From positions 320,001 through 384,000 of the forward strand of contig CAWDML010000003.1 of NCBI GenBank assembly GCA_963803435.1: a DNA stretch of 64,000 nt. Direction: 5' to 3'. The notes beneath the pieces are model-generated. The model worked only from the letters and a program-made list of their open reading frames with translations, did no database searches and was not told where the DNA came from. The position numbers and the translations under genes were made by a program. Position 1 is the stretch's first letter. Each line of letters opens with the position of its first letter. This stretch comes from an uncultured delta proteobacterium (lineage in GTDB: Bacteria > Myxococcota > Kuafuiibacteriia > Kuafuiibacteriales > Kuafuiibacteriaceae). This document shows positions 9,860 to 18,736 of this stretch, piece after piece.

Positions 9860-10141
9860 CTACACCGGATCGAGGTGGTTCTGATGGACCCTCGCGAGCT
9901 TGCCGTTGACCCGCACCACCGGGTTCGTGGTGCTGCCGGTCCCGTGGACGGCGTAGTCGACCACTACGGCCATCGTCCCCGGCTCCACCACGCCTTCACC
10001 CTGGTAGGCGTCCCCTTCCTGGCTCACCAGCGCGGTGAGCTCATAGTTCTGCGAGTGCTTGGGGACGTTGGACGCCAGCACACAGCGCTTGTTGAAGCGG
10101 ACGCGTTGACCCAGCGCGAGCGGCGTCGCCATCGAGGACAT
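9860..10141 (-). CDS. Small hypothetical protein (possible SH3/KOW-like beta-barrel)
   Basis: 93-aa ORF with GC3-rich codons. Beta-rich pattern LGQRVRF...GTMAVVVD..VVRVNGKLARVHQNHLDPV. Confidence 0.55.
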   Translation of the reverse strand: MSSMATPLALGQRVRFNKRCVLASNVPKHSQNYELTALVSQEGDAYQGEGVVEPGTMAVVVDYAVHGTGSTTNPVVRVNGKLARVHQNHLDPV

Positions 10142-10187
10142 CGCGCACTCCAAACCGCAAACAGGGCTCTCGGTCAAGCACCCGCGC

Positions 10188-13160
10188 TCAGGGGCTCCAC
10201 TGCGCGCCGTGCTCGAAGGCGGCCGTGTTGGCGGCGGTGAGGGGCGTGGCCGGGCCGTCTGCGCCCGTCACCGGATCGATCGGCGCCAGGTAGATGTCCC
10301 AGTCACCGGCGCCGCCGGCCCGGTTGCTGGCGAAGCTGATGAACGATCCGTCCACCGCCCAGGTCGGGAACGAGGAGGCGCCGTCGCCCGGCGCACTGTT
10401 GGCGTTCGGCAGGCTCGTGATCAGGTTCGTGCCCGAGGCATCCGCGAGCTCGAGGACCGCGTCAGTCGCCGCGATCGTCCCGGTCGCCTGGGCGCTGTAC
10501 GTGTACGCGATCCAGCGCGCGTTGGGCGAGAACTTCGGGTAGTAGTTGGCGCCGCCGTTGTTGCCCACGACCAGCGTGGCCGTGCCGCCGACCTCATCGA
10601 CGACGTAGACGTCGGTCGGTCCGTCGAAGCCGAAGCTCGCGCCCTGCTGTCCGTTCGTCACCTGCGTGCCGCGCGCGAACGCGATGCGGCCGTCGGAGCT
10701 CCAGCTCGGCATCAGCTCGTAGTACGACGGATCGTCCGCGCCCACGAGCGTGCGGAGCTCGCCTGCGAACAGCGCGCCGATCTTGATGTTCGAGCCGTCG
10801 TCGTACGCGTACTGGTACGGCGGGTTGGTGTGCACGTCGGGCTTCCAGGAGAAGTAGGACGAGCCCGCGATCGTGCTGGCCTGGATCGCGACGCGATTTG
10901 CGGTGTCGACGATCTTCAGCCCCGGCCCTTCGACGACCGCCACGTACTTGCCGTCGGGCGAGATCGTATGACAGCCGGCGCACGCGGTTCCGGTCCGCGG
11001 GCCCCAGAAGGGTGTCGGCGTGGTGACGCCCTGGAGCGGGAGCTGGAGGATGTCGCCGCCGATGATGCTGGGGATCTGCCAGAAGTAGAGGTAGCGGCCG
11101 GCCGCCGGCGGGACGATTCTCGGGGCCACCCGTGACGGTCACGTCGATCGCCGGCTCGACCGGATCGTCCGAGCGCACGGTGACCACCGCGGTGTCGCCG
11201 GCGACGTCGACCGAGGTGTACTGCACCGTCACCGAGCGGTTCGTCCCGGACACCAGCGTGAAGGGCAGGGCGGGCGGGTTGAGCAGCGTCATCTCCGGGT
11301 CGGCGGTGGTCCAGTCGAGCGCGGTGATCGTGGAGATCGGTGGCGCCGCAGGCGTAGATGGTGAAGTCCATGGTGGCGGTGCCGGGCGTGGGCCCGAACG
11401 GGAGGTGGCGCGGCTCCACGCAGATGCCCGAGGCGGAGGCCGCCGCGAACAGCGGGATCTGGAAGACGCCGGTGACCGTGTCGGTGGTGTCGATCTCGAG
11501 GGTGCCGGTGGCGCTCCCGGGCGCGCTCGGCATGTACGTCACCGACACGTGGCGCACCGCGGTCGGGAACAGCACGGCCAGGTTGGGCGCGGTCTCGAAG
11601 AAGTCGGGATCCGATTCCGGCGCCCATCGCGACCCCGCGGATGAAGCAGGGCTCGTCGCTGATGTTGGTGACATCGACGGCCATCGAGCGCGCGGTGCCG
11701 GGCTCGACGGCGCCGAAGTTGATGAAGGACGGCGTCACGTCCAGGTGACAGCCGTCCTCGAGATCGGGGTTGCCGAGCAGGTCGACCGACGTGATCGCAC
11801 CCCCGTTCTCCAGGTCGAGCCGGCCCAGGTCCGGCATCGTCGCCTGCACCGGGGCATAGTCGATCACCAGCGTGCGCGACTGCCCGGCCGGCACGTCGAG
11901 CGGGAGCTGCGGCGCCATGGCGAGCGCGAACGCGGGCGCGCCCAGGCCGATCTCGACGCGCGTGATGGTGCAGGTGGAGGCGCCATTGTTGGCCACCAGC
12001 ACGGACTTCGACGCCGACGCACCGACGGCGACGTTCGAATAGGCGAGGGAGGCCGGCGCGACCAGGAGGTCGCAGGGCTCGGCGCCGCGGGCCGACACCG
12101 GGAAGAAGGCGTCCTCGTTGCCGAGCGCGGTCGAGGTGACGTCGACGTACGCCTGGGCCACGCCCAGCTGCTGCGCCGTGAAGTCGACCTCGACGTCGAC
12201 CGTCTCCCCCGGCTGCAGCGTCACCGGGAGGCCGGGCGCGCCCATGAGCGAGAAGCCGGGGTCGCTCGGGAAGCGCGCGTCCGTGGAGAGGATCAGCCCG
12301 GAGATGGTGACCGGCTCGAGGCCGCACGACTCGAGCGTCAGTGTCCCCATCAGCGTTCCACCGACCGCGGTGGCGCCCAGATTGAGCGGGTTGGGGTGGG
12401 CGCAGACCGCCGGCGCCACGCCTTCGCCGCAGGCGCTGATGCGGATGCTCGGCAAGTCGGGGGCGTCGGTCGTGATCACGAACGCGCCCGAGTCGGCGCC
12501 TCCGTCCTCGGGCGCGTAGCGCGCGGTCAGCTCGAGCGACTCCCCGGGCGCCAGCGGCTTCGGCTCGGTGAGGCCCTCGATCGACCACTCGCCCGAGCTG
12601 CCCGGCTCGACGATGGCGGACAGGACAGTGAGGGTCGCGGTGCCCTGGGCCGTCACGGTGATCGTGCGCTCCGCCGTGGCGCCCGGCACGACTCGACCGA
12701 ACGACATCGAGTCCGGGTCCGTTCCGCAGGTCTCACCGGGGTGCGAGACGCCGGCGCCGGTCTCGACGCCGATCCCGACGAGCGACACCTCGTGCACCGT
12801 CTCGGCGTCGTCGCCGACGATCGTGACGGTGGCGTGCTCCTCGCCGACGTCGACCGGCTCGAAGACCACGTTGAAGTCGATGGACTGGTCGGGCTGGAGC
12901 GCGTCGGGCACGGGCGTCGCGAAGCCGATCTCGGCGGAGCCGGCGATCTCGAAGCGCACGAACGCCAGCGGCGACAGGCCGGTGTTCTTGATCTGGAACG
13001 ACGCGACGCGCTGGCCGCCGACGCGGACCTCGCCGAAGTCGATCGCCTCCTTGTCGACGGTCAGTCGGGCCCGGGCGTCGATGAGGCCGCCCCCGCCACA
13101 GTCGCAGCCGCCCGCGACCAGGCCGAGGAGGACGAGACCGAACGCGAAACGCTTTCCCAC
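10188..13160 (-). CDS. Large lipoprotein with ~6 Ig-like (choice-of-anchor D / ASH-like) repeats and a C-terminal TolB-like beta-propeller carrying CxxCH; three apparent +1 frameshifts (~11615, ~11332, ~11118)
   Basis: Lipobox VAGGC(DC). Repeats begin IDFGEVRVG, MSFGRVVPG, LNLGATAVG, LAYSNVAVG, INFGAVEPG and LPFGPTPG. ORFs 11289..13160, 10916..11674, 10594..11292 and 10188..11129 join into ~989 aa by deleting one duplicated base at each site. C-terminus has PSWSSDG, PKFSPN and PTWAVDG blades and CAGCH. Confidence 0.8.
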
Positions 13161-13323
13161 GTGAAGAGGGGTAATCGTGTGTTGCCTCGAGTCCCATCGG
13201 GCGTGTTTCCAGCGTATGGAGTGGGATGCAGGTGACGGGTCGACCCGACAGCCGCGTCAACCTGCCGAAAGATCAGGGGGATCGCCGTTGGAGGACCGAC
13301 CCCGAGGTTGGTATCGTCCGCCC

Positions 13324-14091
13324 GTGTCAGTCGATGTTCACGACGAGCCGGGCGGGATCCGCGTCCTGACCCTGAATCGGCCCCCGGCCAACGCGTTCGA
13401 CGCTGGCCTGATCGCCCGCCTGGGCGCCGCGGCCGATGCGGCGCGCGACGACGCCGCCGTGCGCGCGGTGATCGTCCGCGGGAACGAGCGCTTCTTCTCC
13501 GGAGGCCTCGATCTGAAGAAGATGGCCGGCGGCGAGGCGCCCAAGGTCTCGGACTTCGGGTACCACGATGGCATCGGTGCGCTCTGGACCCTACCCAAGC
13601 CCACGATCGCGGAGGTCCGAGGCCACGCGATCGCCGGCGGCGCGATCCTCCTGCTCGCCTGCGACTTCCGTATCTCCGCCACTGGCCCGCACAAGATCGG
13701 GCTCAACGAGACCCCGATCGGCCTGGCGTTTCCGCCGGGCGCGTTCGAGATCTCGCGGCTCGGCCTCTCGCACACCCGGTTCGGTCGCGCGATCCTCGAG
13801 GGCGAGCTGTATCCGCCCGAGGAGGCGCTCCGGATGGGCTACCTCCACGAGCTGGTCGCGCCCGAGCGGTTGTCGGCGCGGTGCCTCGAGCTGGCCGCGA
13901 AGGTCGCCGCGTATCCCGCCGGTGCGTACGCGTACAACAAGGCGATGCTGCAGAAGCCCGCGCTCGAGCGCTGCCGCAACGAGCCGGAGGCCGACAAGGC
14001 ACGCCGGTTCGAGGTGTGGACCTCACAGGAGACGCTCGAGGCCTTCCTGGCCCGGGCCCAGGGGCTGGGCAAGGTGAAGACCGCGCCGTGA
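13324..14091 (+). CDS. Enoyl-CoA hydratase/isomerase (crotonase family)
   Basis: LTLNRPPANAF, FFSGGLDL, GHAIAGGAILLLACDFR and IGLNE. GTG start at 13324. Confidence 0.9.
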   Translation: MSVDVHDEPGGIRVLTLNRPPANAFDAGLIARLGAAADAARDDAAVRAVIVRGNERFFSGGLDLKKMAGGEAPKVSDFGYHDGIGALWTLPKPTIAEVRGHAIAGGAILLLACDFRISATGPHKIGLNETPIGLAFPPGAFEISRLGLSHTRFGRAILEGELYPPEEALRMGYLHELVAPERLSARCLELAAKVAAYPAGAYAYNKAMLQKPALERCRNEPEADKARRFEVWTSQETLEAFLARAQGLGKVKTAP

Positions 14092-15536
14092 TCGGCCGCT
14101 GGCTCTTCTTCCGAGGACTGGCGCTCTCCTACTTCTTCGCGTTTGTCTCGCTGGCGGTCCAGATCGCGGGGCTGATCGGCGAGGACGGCATCCTCCCGGC
14201 CCGTCCGTTCCTCGAGGCCGTCCACAAGAACCTGGGGGCGTCGAGCTACTGGCGTCTCCCCACCGTCTTCTGGCTGGGGGCGAGCAACGGCGCGCTCTCG
14301 GCGGTCTGCTGGCTGGGCGCGCTGGCCTCGCTCCTCTTGCTGGCGGGCGTGCTCCACCGGCCGATGCTGGTGCTCTGTTGGACCCTGTTCCTCTCGATCT
14401 CGTCGGTCGGCCGCGACTTCCTCTCGTTTCAGTGGGATCTGCTCCTCCTCGAGGTCGGCCTCGCTTCGCTCCTGATCGCGCCCTCCGGTCTCTTCCCCAA
14501 GCTCGGCGCGCGCCCGCCCCCTCGCCTGGGCGTGCTGGTGATGCAGGCGATCCTGTTCAAGCTGATGTTCTCCTCGGGCTTCGTGAAGCTGAACAGCGGC
14601 GACGAGACCTGGCGCTCGCTCACCGCGCTCCTCTACCACTACGAGACGCAGCCGCTCCCCACCTGGATCGGCTGGTACGCGCACCAGCTCCCCGAGTGGT
14701 TCCAGAAGATCAGCGTGGTGGGCGTGTTCGTGATCCAGCTGGTGCTCCCCTTCGGGCTGGTCCTGCCCCGGCCCGGCCGTCTGGTCGCGGCCGCGGGCCT
14801 CTTGCTGCTCCAGGCGCTGATCGCGCTGACCGGCAACTACTGCTTCTTCAACCTGCTCGCGGTCAGCCTGATCGCGCTTTCGGTCGACGACGCGACGATC
14901 GTCCGCCTGGTCCCGCGGATCCGCCTCCCCGAGCCGGCGGCGCCGCTCGCGGGTGTCGGCCGGCGGATCCTGATCGGCGTCGCCTCGGTCGTCCTGGTCC
15001 TCGAGGCCCTCACGCTGGCGCGGACCGTCTTCGGCGATCTCCCGGATCCCGCGTACGAGCTGCTGGCGCTGGTGCGTCCGCTGCGCAGCATGAACGGCTA
15101 CGGTCTGTTCGCGGTGATGACCACGACGCGGCCCGAGGTGGTGCTCGAGGGCAGCGACGACGGCGAGCATTGGCGTGAATACGTGCTCCCCTACCAGCCC
15201 GGGCCGCTCGATCGGGCGCCGCCGTTCGTGGCGCCGCACCAGCCCCGCCTCGACTGGCAGCTCTGGTTCGCGGCCCTCGGCCGCGCCCGCGACAACCCGT
15301 GGTTCGGCGCGTTCGTGGTCCGCCTCCTGGAGGGATTGAAGGACGTCCGTGCTTTGCTGGCCGACGATCCCTTCCCTGATCACCCGCCGCGCTTCCTGCG
15401 GGCCCGGCTCTATCGCTATCGGTTCACCGACCTGGCGACGAAGCGGGCCACCGGACGCTGGTGGAGCCGCGAGCTCGCCGGCGAGTACCTCGAGCCGGTG
15501 AGCCTGCGGCCCGGCGCCGGTATACTCCGCCCATGA
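14088..15536 (+). CDS. Lipase maturation factor (LMF) family membrane protein
   Basis: 3' part of ORF 13308..15536. Motifs FLSFQWDLLLLEVG, KLMFSSGFVKL, YHYETQPLP, TGNYCFFNLL, NGYGLFAVMT and PHQPRLDWQLWF. Confidence 0.92.
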   Translation: MIGRWLFFRGLALSYFFAFVSLAVQIAGLIGEDGILPARPFLEAVHKNLGASSYWRLPTVFWLGASNGALSAVCWLGALASLLLLAGVLHRPMLVLCWTLFLSISSVGRDFLSFQWDLLLLEVGLASLLIAPSGLFPKLGARPPPRLGVLVMQAILFKLMFSSGFVKLNSGDETWRSLTALLYHYETQPLPTWIGWYAHQLPEWFQKISVVGVFVIQLVLPFGLVLPRPGRLVAAAGLLLLQALIALTGNYCFFNLLAVSLIALSVDDATIVRLVPRIRLPEPAAPLAGVGRRILIGVASVVLVLEALTLARTVFGDLPDPAYELLALVRPLRSMNGYGLFAVMTTTRPEVVLEGSDDGEHWREYVLPYQPGPLDRAPPFVAPHQPRLDWQLWFAALGRARDNPWFGAFVVRLLEGLKDVRALLADDPFPDHPPRFLRARLYRYRFTDLATKRATGRWWSRELAGEYLEPVSLRPGAGILRP

Positions 15537-16243
15537 CGCCGTTCTTCGCGCTGATGCTGGGCGCGCTCCCGCCGATCCAGAGCGCCAACGACGCCGTGCT
15601 CCAGCTGCGCGGCGGCCAGGTGGAGGCGATCCGGAACGTCGAGTCGGCCTGTCGCGGGCGTCTTCGACACGCGCTCAAGGATGAGCCCCGCGTGGTCCAG
15701 GCGCTCGCCCGCCTCTCCTCGTCGGGGAGCGCGGACGTGAAGAAGGCCGCGCTCGACGCGTACCGCTGCATGTCGCCGGCGAGGTTCGTCGAGCTCATGA
15801 CGCCGCGCCTCTCGGATCCCGATCCGGAGCTGGTGGCGTACGCGGCCGAGGTGTCGGCGCGCGTGGCGGACCCCGCGGTGGTACCGCCGCTGCTCGACCG
15901 CCTGGAGGCGAAGCGGGACGCGTGCCAGTCCGCCGAGCTCTCCCCCGGCCAGCTCGACGCGTGCGTCTGGCTCACCTACGCGCCGGGCGCTTCTCTCGCG
16001 GGCGCCGAGCGGAAGCTCCGCCTCCGGGCCGCCGAGGACGCCGCCGCCATGCTCGGCTGCCCGCACGCGAAGGTCCGCGAGGTCGCCGTGGAGACGCTGG
16101 CGTCGGCGCGGATCAAGGTGCACGCGAAGTCGGTGGCCGAGCTGATCGCGAAGGAGAAGCAGGGAGCGTTCCCGGAGAGGAACGACGCCGCGCTCCTCTC
16201 GCGCTTCGAGACGAGACGCCGGGCGCTCCTGAAGGGAGACTGA
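15533..16243 (+). CDS. HEAT-repeat protein, possibly exported
   Basis: HEAT-like units LSDPDPELVAYAAEV and LGCPHAKVREVAVETLA. Hydrophobic N-terminus. ATG overlaps the LMF stop. Confidence 0.6.
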   Translation: MTPFFALMLGALPPIQSANDAVLQLRGGQVEAIRNVESACRGRLRHALKDEPRVVQALARLSSSGSADVKKAALDAYRCMSPARFVELMTPRLSDPDPELVAYAAEVSARVADPAVVPPLLDRLEAKRDACQSAELSPGQLDACVWLTYAPGASLAGAERKLRLRAAEDAAAMLGCPHAKVREVAVETLASARIKVHAKSVAELIAKEKQGAFPERNDAALLSRFETRRRALLKGD

Positions 16244-16254
16244 GCGTCGTCCCG

Positions 16255-16345
16255 CTGAGGGTGATCGTGAGCGTGTGAGCACGCACCACAGACCGGCCGA
16301 GGAAGCGGAGCGCGTTCGACGGACCACGCTCACGGTCACTCTCAG
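16255..16345 (+). repeat. 21-bp inverted repeat (long stem-loop) between convergent genes
   Basis: CTGAGGGTGATCGTGAGCGTG (16255-16275) pairs with CACGCTCACGGTCACTCTCAG (16325-16345). All 21 positions pair on the + strand, two of them as G-U. Confidence 0.75.
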
Positions 16346-16680
16346 GGAGGCGACTGATCGGGCTCTTCGACCCCCCTCTGCTTCTCGGTCTCGATGGTGA
16401 TGTCGGCCTTCCGCGCGACGCACTTCGGGATCGCGCCCGACTCGTCGCAGTCCTGGTCCTCGTTGCAGAGGCCCCGGCAGGGCAGGACCTCGCAGAAGCC
16501 GGTCACGTTGTTGCACGTCGTGCCGGGGGGACAGCCGGCGTAGCAGCCGCCGGTGGCCCGGCTGATGCCCGACGCCGTCGCCGCCACCGCGCTCATGATG
16601 ACGGCGCCCGCGACGGCGTCGGGTGCGGCGCTGCAGCCGCTGCAGAGCAGGAGCAGCGCGAAGAGGAGACGGCGGATCAC
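16342..16680 (-). CDS. Small Cys-rich lipoprotein
   Basis: MIRRLLFALLLLCSGC lipobox, then CYAGCPPGTTCNNVTGFCEVLPCRGLCNEDQDCDESGAIPKC (EGF-like Cys spacing). Confidence 0.7.
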   Translation of the reverse strand: MIRRLLFALLLLCSGCSAAPDAVAGAVIMSAVAATASGISRATGGCYAGCPPGTTCNNVTGFCEVLPCRGLCNEDQDCDESGAIPKCVARKADITIETEKQRGVEEPDQSPP

Positions 16681-16789
16681 GCCACGAATGTACCCGCGGC
16701 CGGGTCCGCCCGCGCAAGCCGTGACGGCGCTCCCGGCGCACGTCCTGCGCGACGTCGAAGCCGGCCGCCGCCGGTGATAGAAGCGCTGC

Positions 16790-17902
16790 ATGCGCGCGTT
16801 CCTGCTCACCTTACCGGTGTTGTCGTTCTCCTGTGCGACACCGTTGGACGATCCGATGGTCCCGCCCGATCACCCGCTGGTCTATCGACGCCCGGACTGT
16901 CCGGCCGCACCGCGCCCCGCGAACCGCCGTCCCTCGGGCTCGCTCGAGAAAGGGAAGAAGCCGAAGACGATGGCGTTCGGGACGATCGACGGCGCCCTGG
17001 TGGTCACGCATGGGGGCGCCGGCTCGAAGCCGGACCTGGTCGACGGCCCGCGCAAGGCGGCCGAGGCGGCGCTGGCGAAGCTGCTCGCCGACGAGCCCGC
17101 GCTGGAGGCGGCGGTGGCCGGCACCACCGTGCTCGAGGACGACCCGCGGTTCAACGCCGGCACGGGTGCCAACATCCGGCTCGACGGGCAGACCATCCAG
17201 ATGGACGCGTCGCTGATGACGCAGGACGGTGACTTCGCGGCCGTCGCGGTCATCGAGCGCGTGAAGAATCCCATCCGGGTGGCGCGCCTGGTGCTCGACA
17301 CCCCGCACGTCCTGCTGGCGGGAGAGGGGGCGACCCGCTTCGCCCATCGGATGGGTGTGCCGGACGAGCTCCCGATCTGCGACGAGTCGCGGAAGAAATA
17401 TCGGGATCGAATGGCGCAGTTGACCCAGCTGATGAATCAGCCGGGCAAGAAGTTCGATTGGCGCGACTACTGGAACTTTCCCAACGAGATGCCCGAGGAG
17501 ATGAAGCGCTGGAAGAAGGGCGGCGACACCGTCGGCACGGTGGTGCGCGATCGCGAGGGCGGCTTCGCGGCCACACTCTCGACCGGTGGGACCTCGGTGA
17601 CGCTCTACGGTCGGGTCGGGGATGTGCCCGTCTACGGCGCGGGGCTCTTCGCGGGGCAATCTGGCGCGGTCGCCTGTACCGGTGAGGGCGAGGAGATCAT
17701 CAAGCGCGCGCTCGCCCGGAGCGTCTACGAGGCGATCGAAGCCGGTACGCCCGCGCGTGATGCAGTGGCCCGCGCCGTTCGCGAATTTCCGGAAGGCGCC
17801 GACGTCGGCTTGATCGCGGTCGATCGCTTCGGCTGGGCGGTCGCCGCCAACGTCGAGATGGCCTTCGGAAAGGCGTCGGAGGAGGAGGAGCCCCCCAAGT
17901 AG
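16790..17902 (+). CDS. Isoaspartyl peptidase/L-asparaginase type 2 (Ntn hydrolase), predicted lipoprotein
   Basis: THGGAG, LEDDPRFNAGTG, KNPIRVAR, autocleavage site GD|TVG, STGG, GRVGD and CTGEGE. Lipobox-like SFSC. Confidence 0.9.
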   Translation: MRAFLLTLPVLSFSCATPLDDPMVPPDHPLVYRRPDCPAAPRPANRRPSGSLEKGKKPKTMAFGTIDGALVVTHGGAGSKPDLVDGPRKAAEAALAKLLADEPALEAAVAGTTVLEDDPRFNAGTGANIRLDGQTIQMDASLMTQDGDFAAVAVIERVKNPIRVARLVLDTPHVLLAGEGATRFAHRMGVPDELPICDESRKKYRDRMAQLTQLMNQPGKKFDWRDYWNFPNEMPEEMKRWKKGGDTVGTVVRDREGGFAATLSTGGTSVTLYGRVGDVPVYGAGLFAGQSGAVACTGEGEEIIKRALARSVYEAIEAGTPARDAVARAVREFPEGADVGLIAVDRFGWAVAANVEMAFGKASEEEEPPK

Positions 17903-17923
17903 CTTCGCGGTGCGCGCGCTGCT

Positions 17924-18730
17924 ATGAGCCGCAGGATGGTAGGAACGCCAGAGCTGATCCAGTATGGGGTCCGAGCCGGGATCGCGACGATCACGCTCGA
18001 CGACCCGCCTGCAAATACGTACAGCTACGACATGATGCGCGCGCTCGATCAGCGCGTGCTCGAGGCCCGCATGGACGACTCCGTCCACGCGATCGTGGTG
18101 ACGGGGCAGGGCGACAAGTTCTTCTGTGCCGGCGCCGACATCGCGATGCTCAACGATGTCACGCCCACCTTCAAGTACTACTTCTGCCTGCACGCGAACG
18201 AGACCATCAACCGGCTGGAGAACACGCCCAAGCTGGTGATCGCCGCGCTCAACGGGCACACCGTGGGCGGCGGGCTCGAGGTGGCGCTGGCCTGCGATCT
18301 ACGCCTGGCCAAGAAGGGCGGAGGGAAGATCGGTCTGCCCGAGGTCTCGCTCGGGGTGCTGCCCGGGACGGGCGGCACGCAGCGTCTGTGCCGCCTGCTC
18401 GGCAAGGCGAAGGCGTTCGAGCTGATGGCCACCGGCGAGACCTTCGACTTCGATCGTGCGGCCGAGCTCGGGATGGTGACCCGCATCCTGCCCGCCGACG
18501 GCTTCATGGATCAGGTCTACGAGTTCGCGCAGAAGTTCGTGCCGCCGGGGAAGGCGTCCAAGGCGGTGGGCTACATCAAGCGGGCTGTCGTGTCCGGCGG
18601 CGAGATGTCGTTCGGCGACGGTCTGGCGCTCGAGCGCGAGCTCCAGCAGCAGCTCTTCCTCTCTGAGGACGCCAAGGAGGGGATCGGCGCATACGTGGGA
18701 AAGCGCAAGGCGTCCTTCACCGGCCGATAG
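17924..18730 (+). CDS. Enoyl-CoA hydratase/isomerase (crotonase family)
   Basis: FFCAGADI, NGHTVGGGLEVALACDLR, IGLPEVSLGVLPGTGGTQRL and EDAKEG. Confidence 0.93.
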   Translation: MSRRMVGTPELIQYGVRAGIATITLDDPPANTYSYDMMRALDQRVLEARMDDSVHAIVVTGQGDKFFCAGADIAMLNDVTPTFKYYFCLHANETINRLENTPKLVIAALNGHTVGGGLEVALACDLRLAKKGGGKIGLPEVSLGVLPGTGGTQRLCRLLGKAKAFELMATGETFDFDRAAELGMVTRILPADGFMDQVYEFAQKFVPPGKASKAVGYIKRAVVSGGEMSFGDGLALERELQQQLFLSEDAKEGIGAYVGKRKASFTGR

Positions 18731-18736
18731 GGAGAC

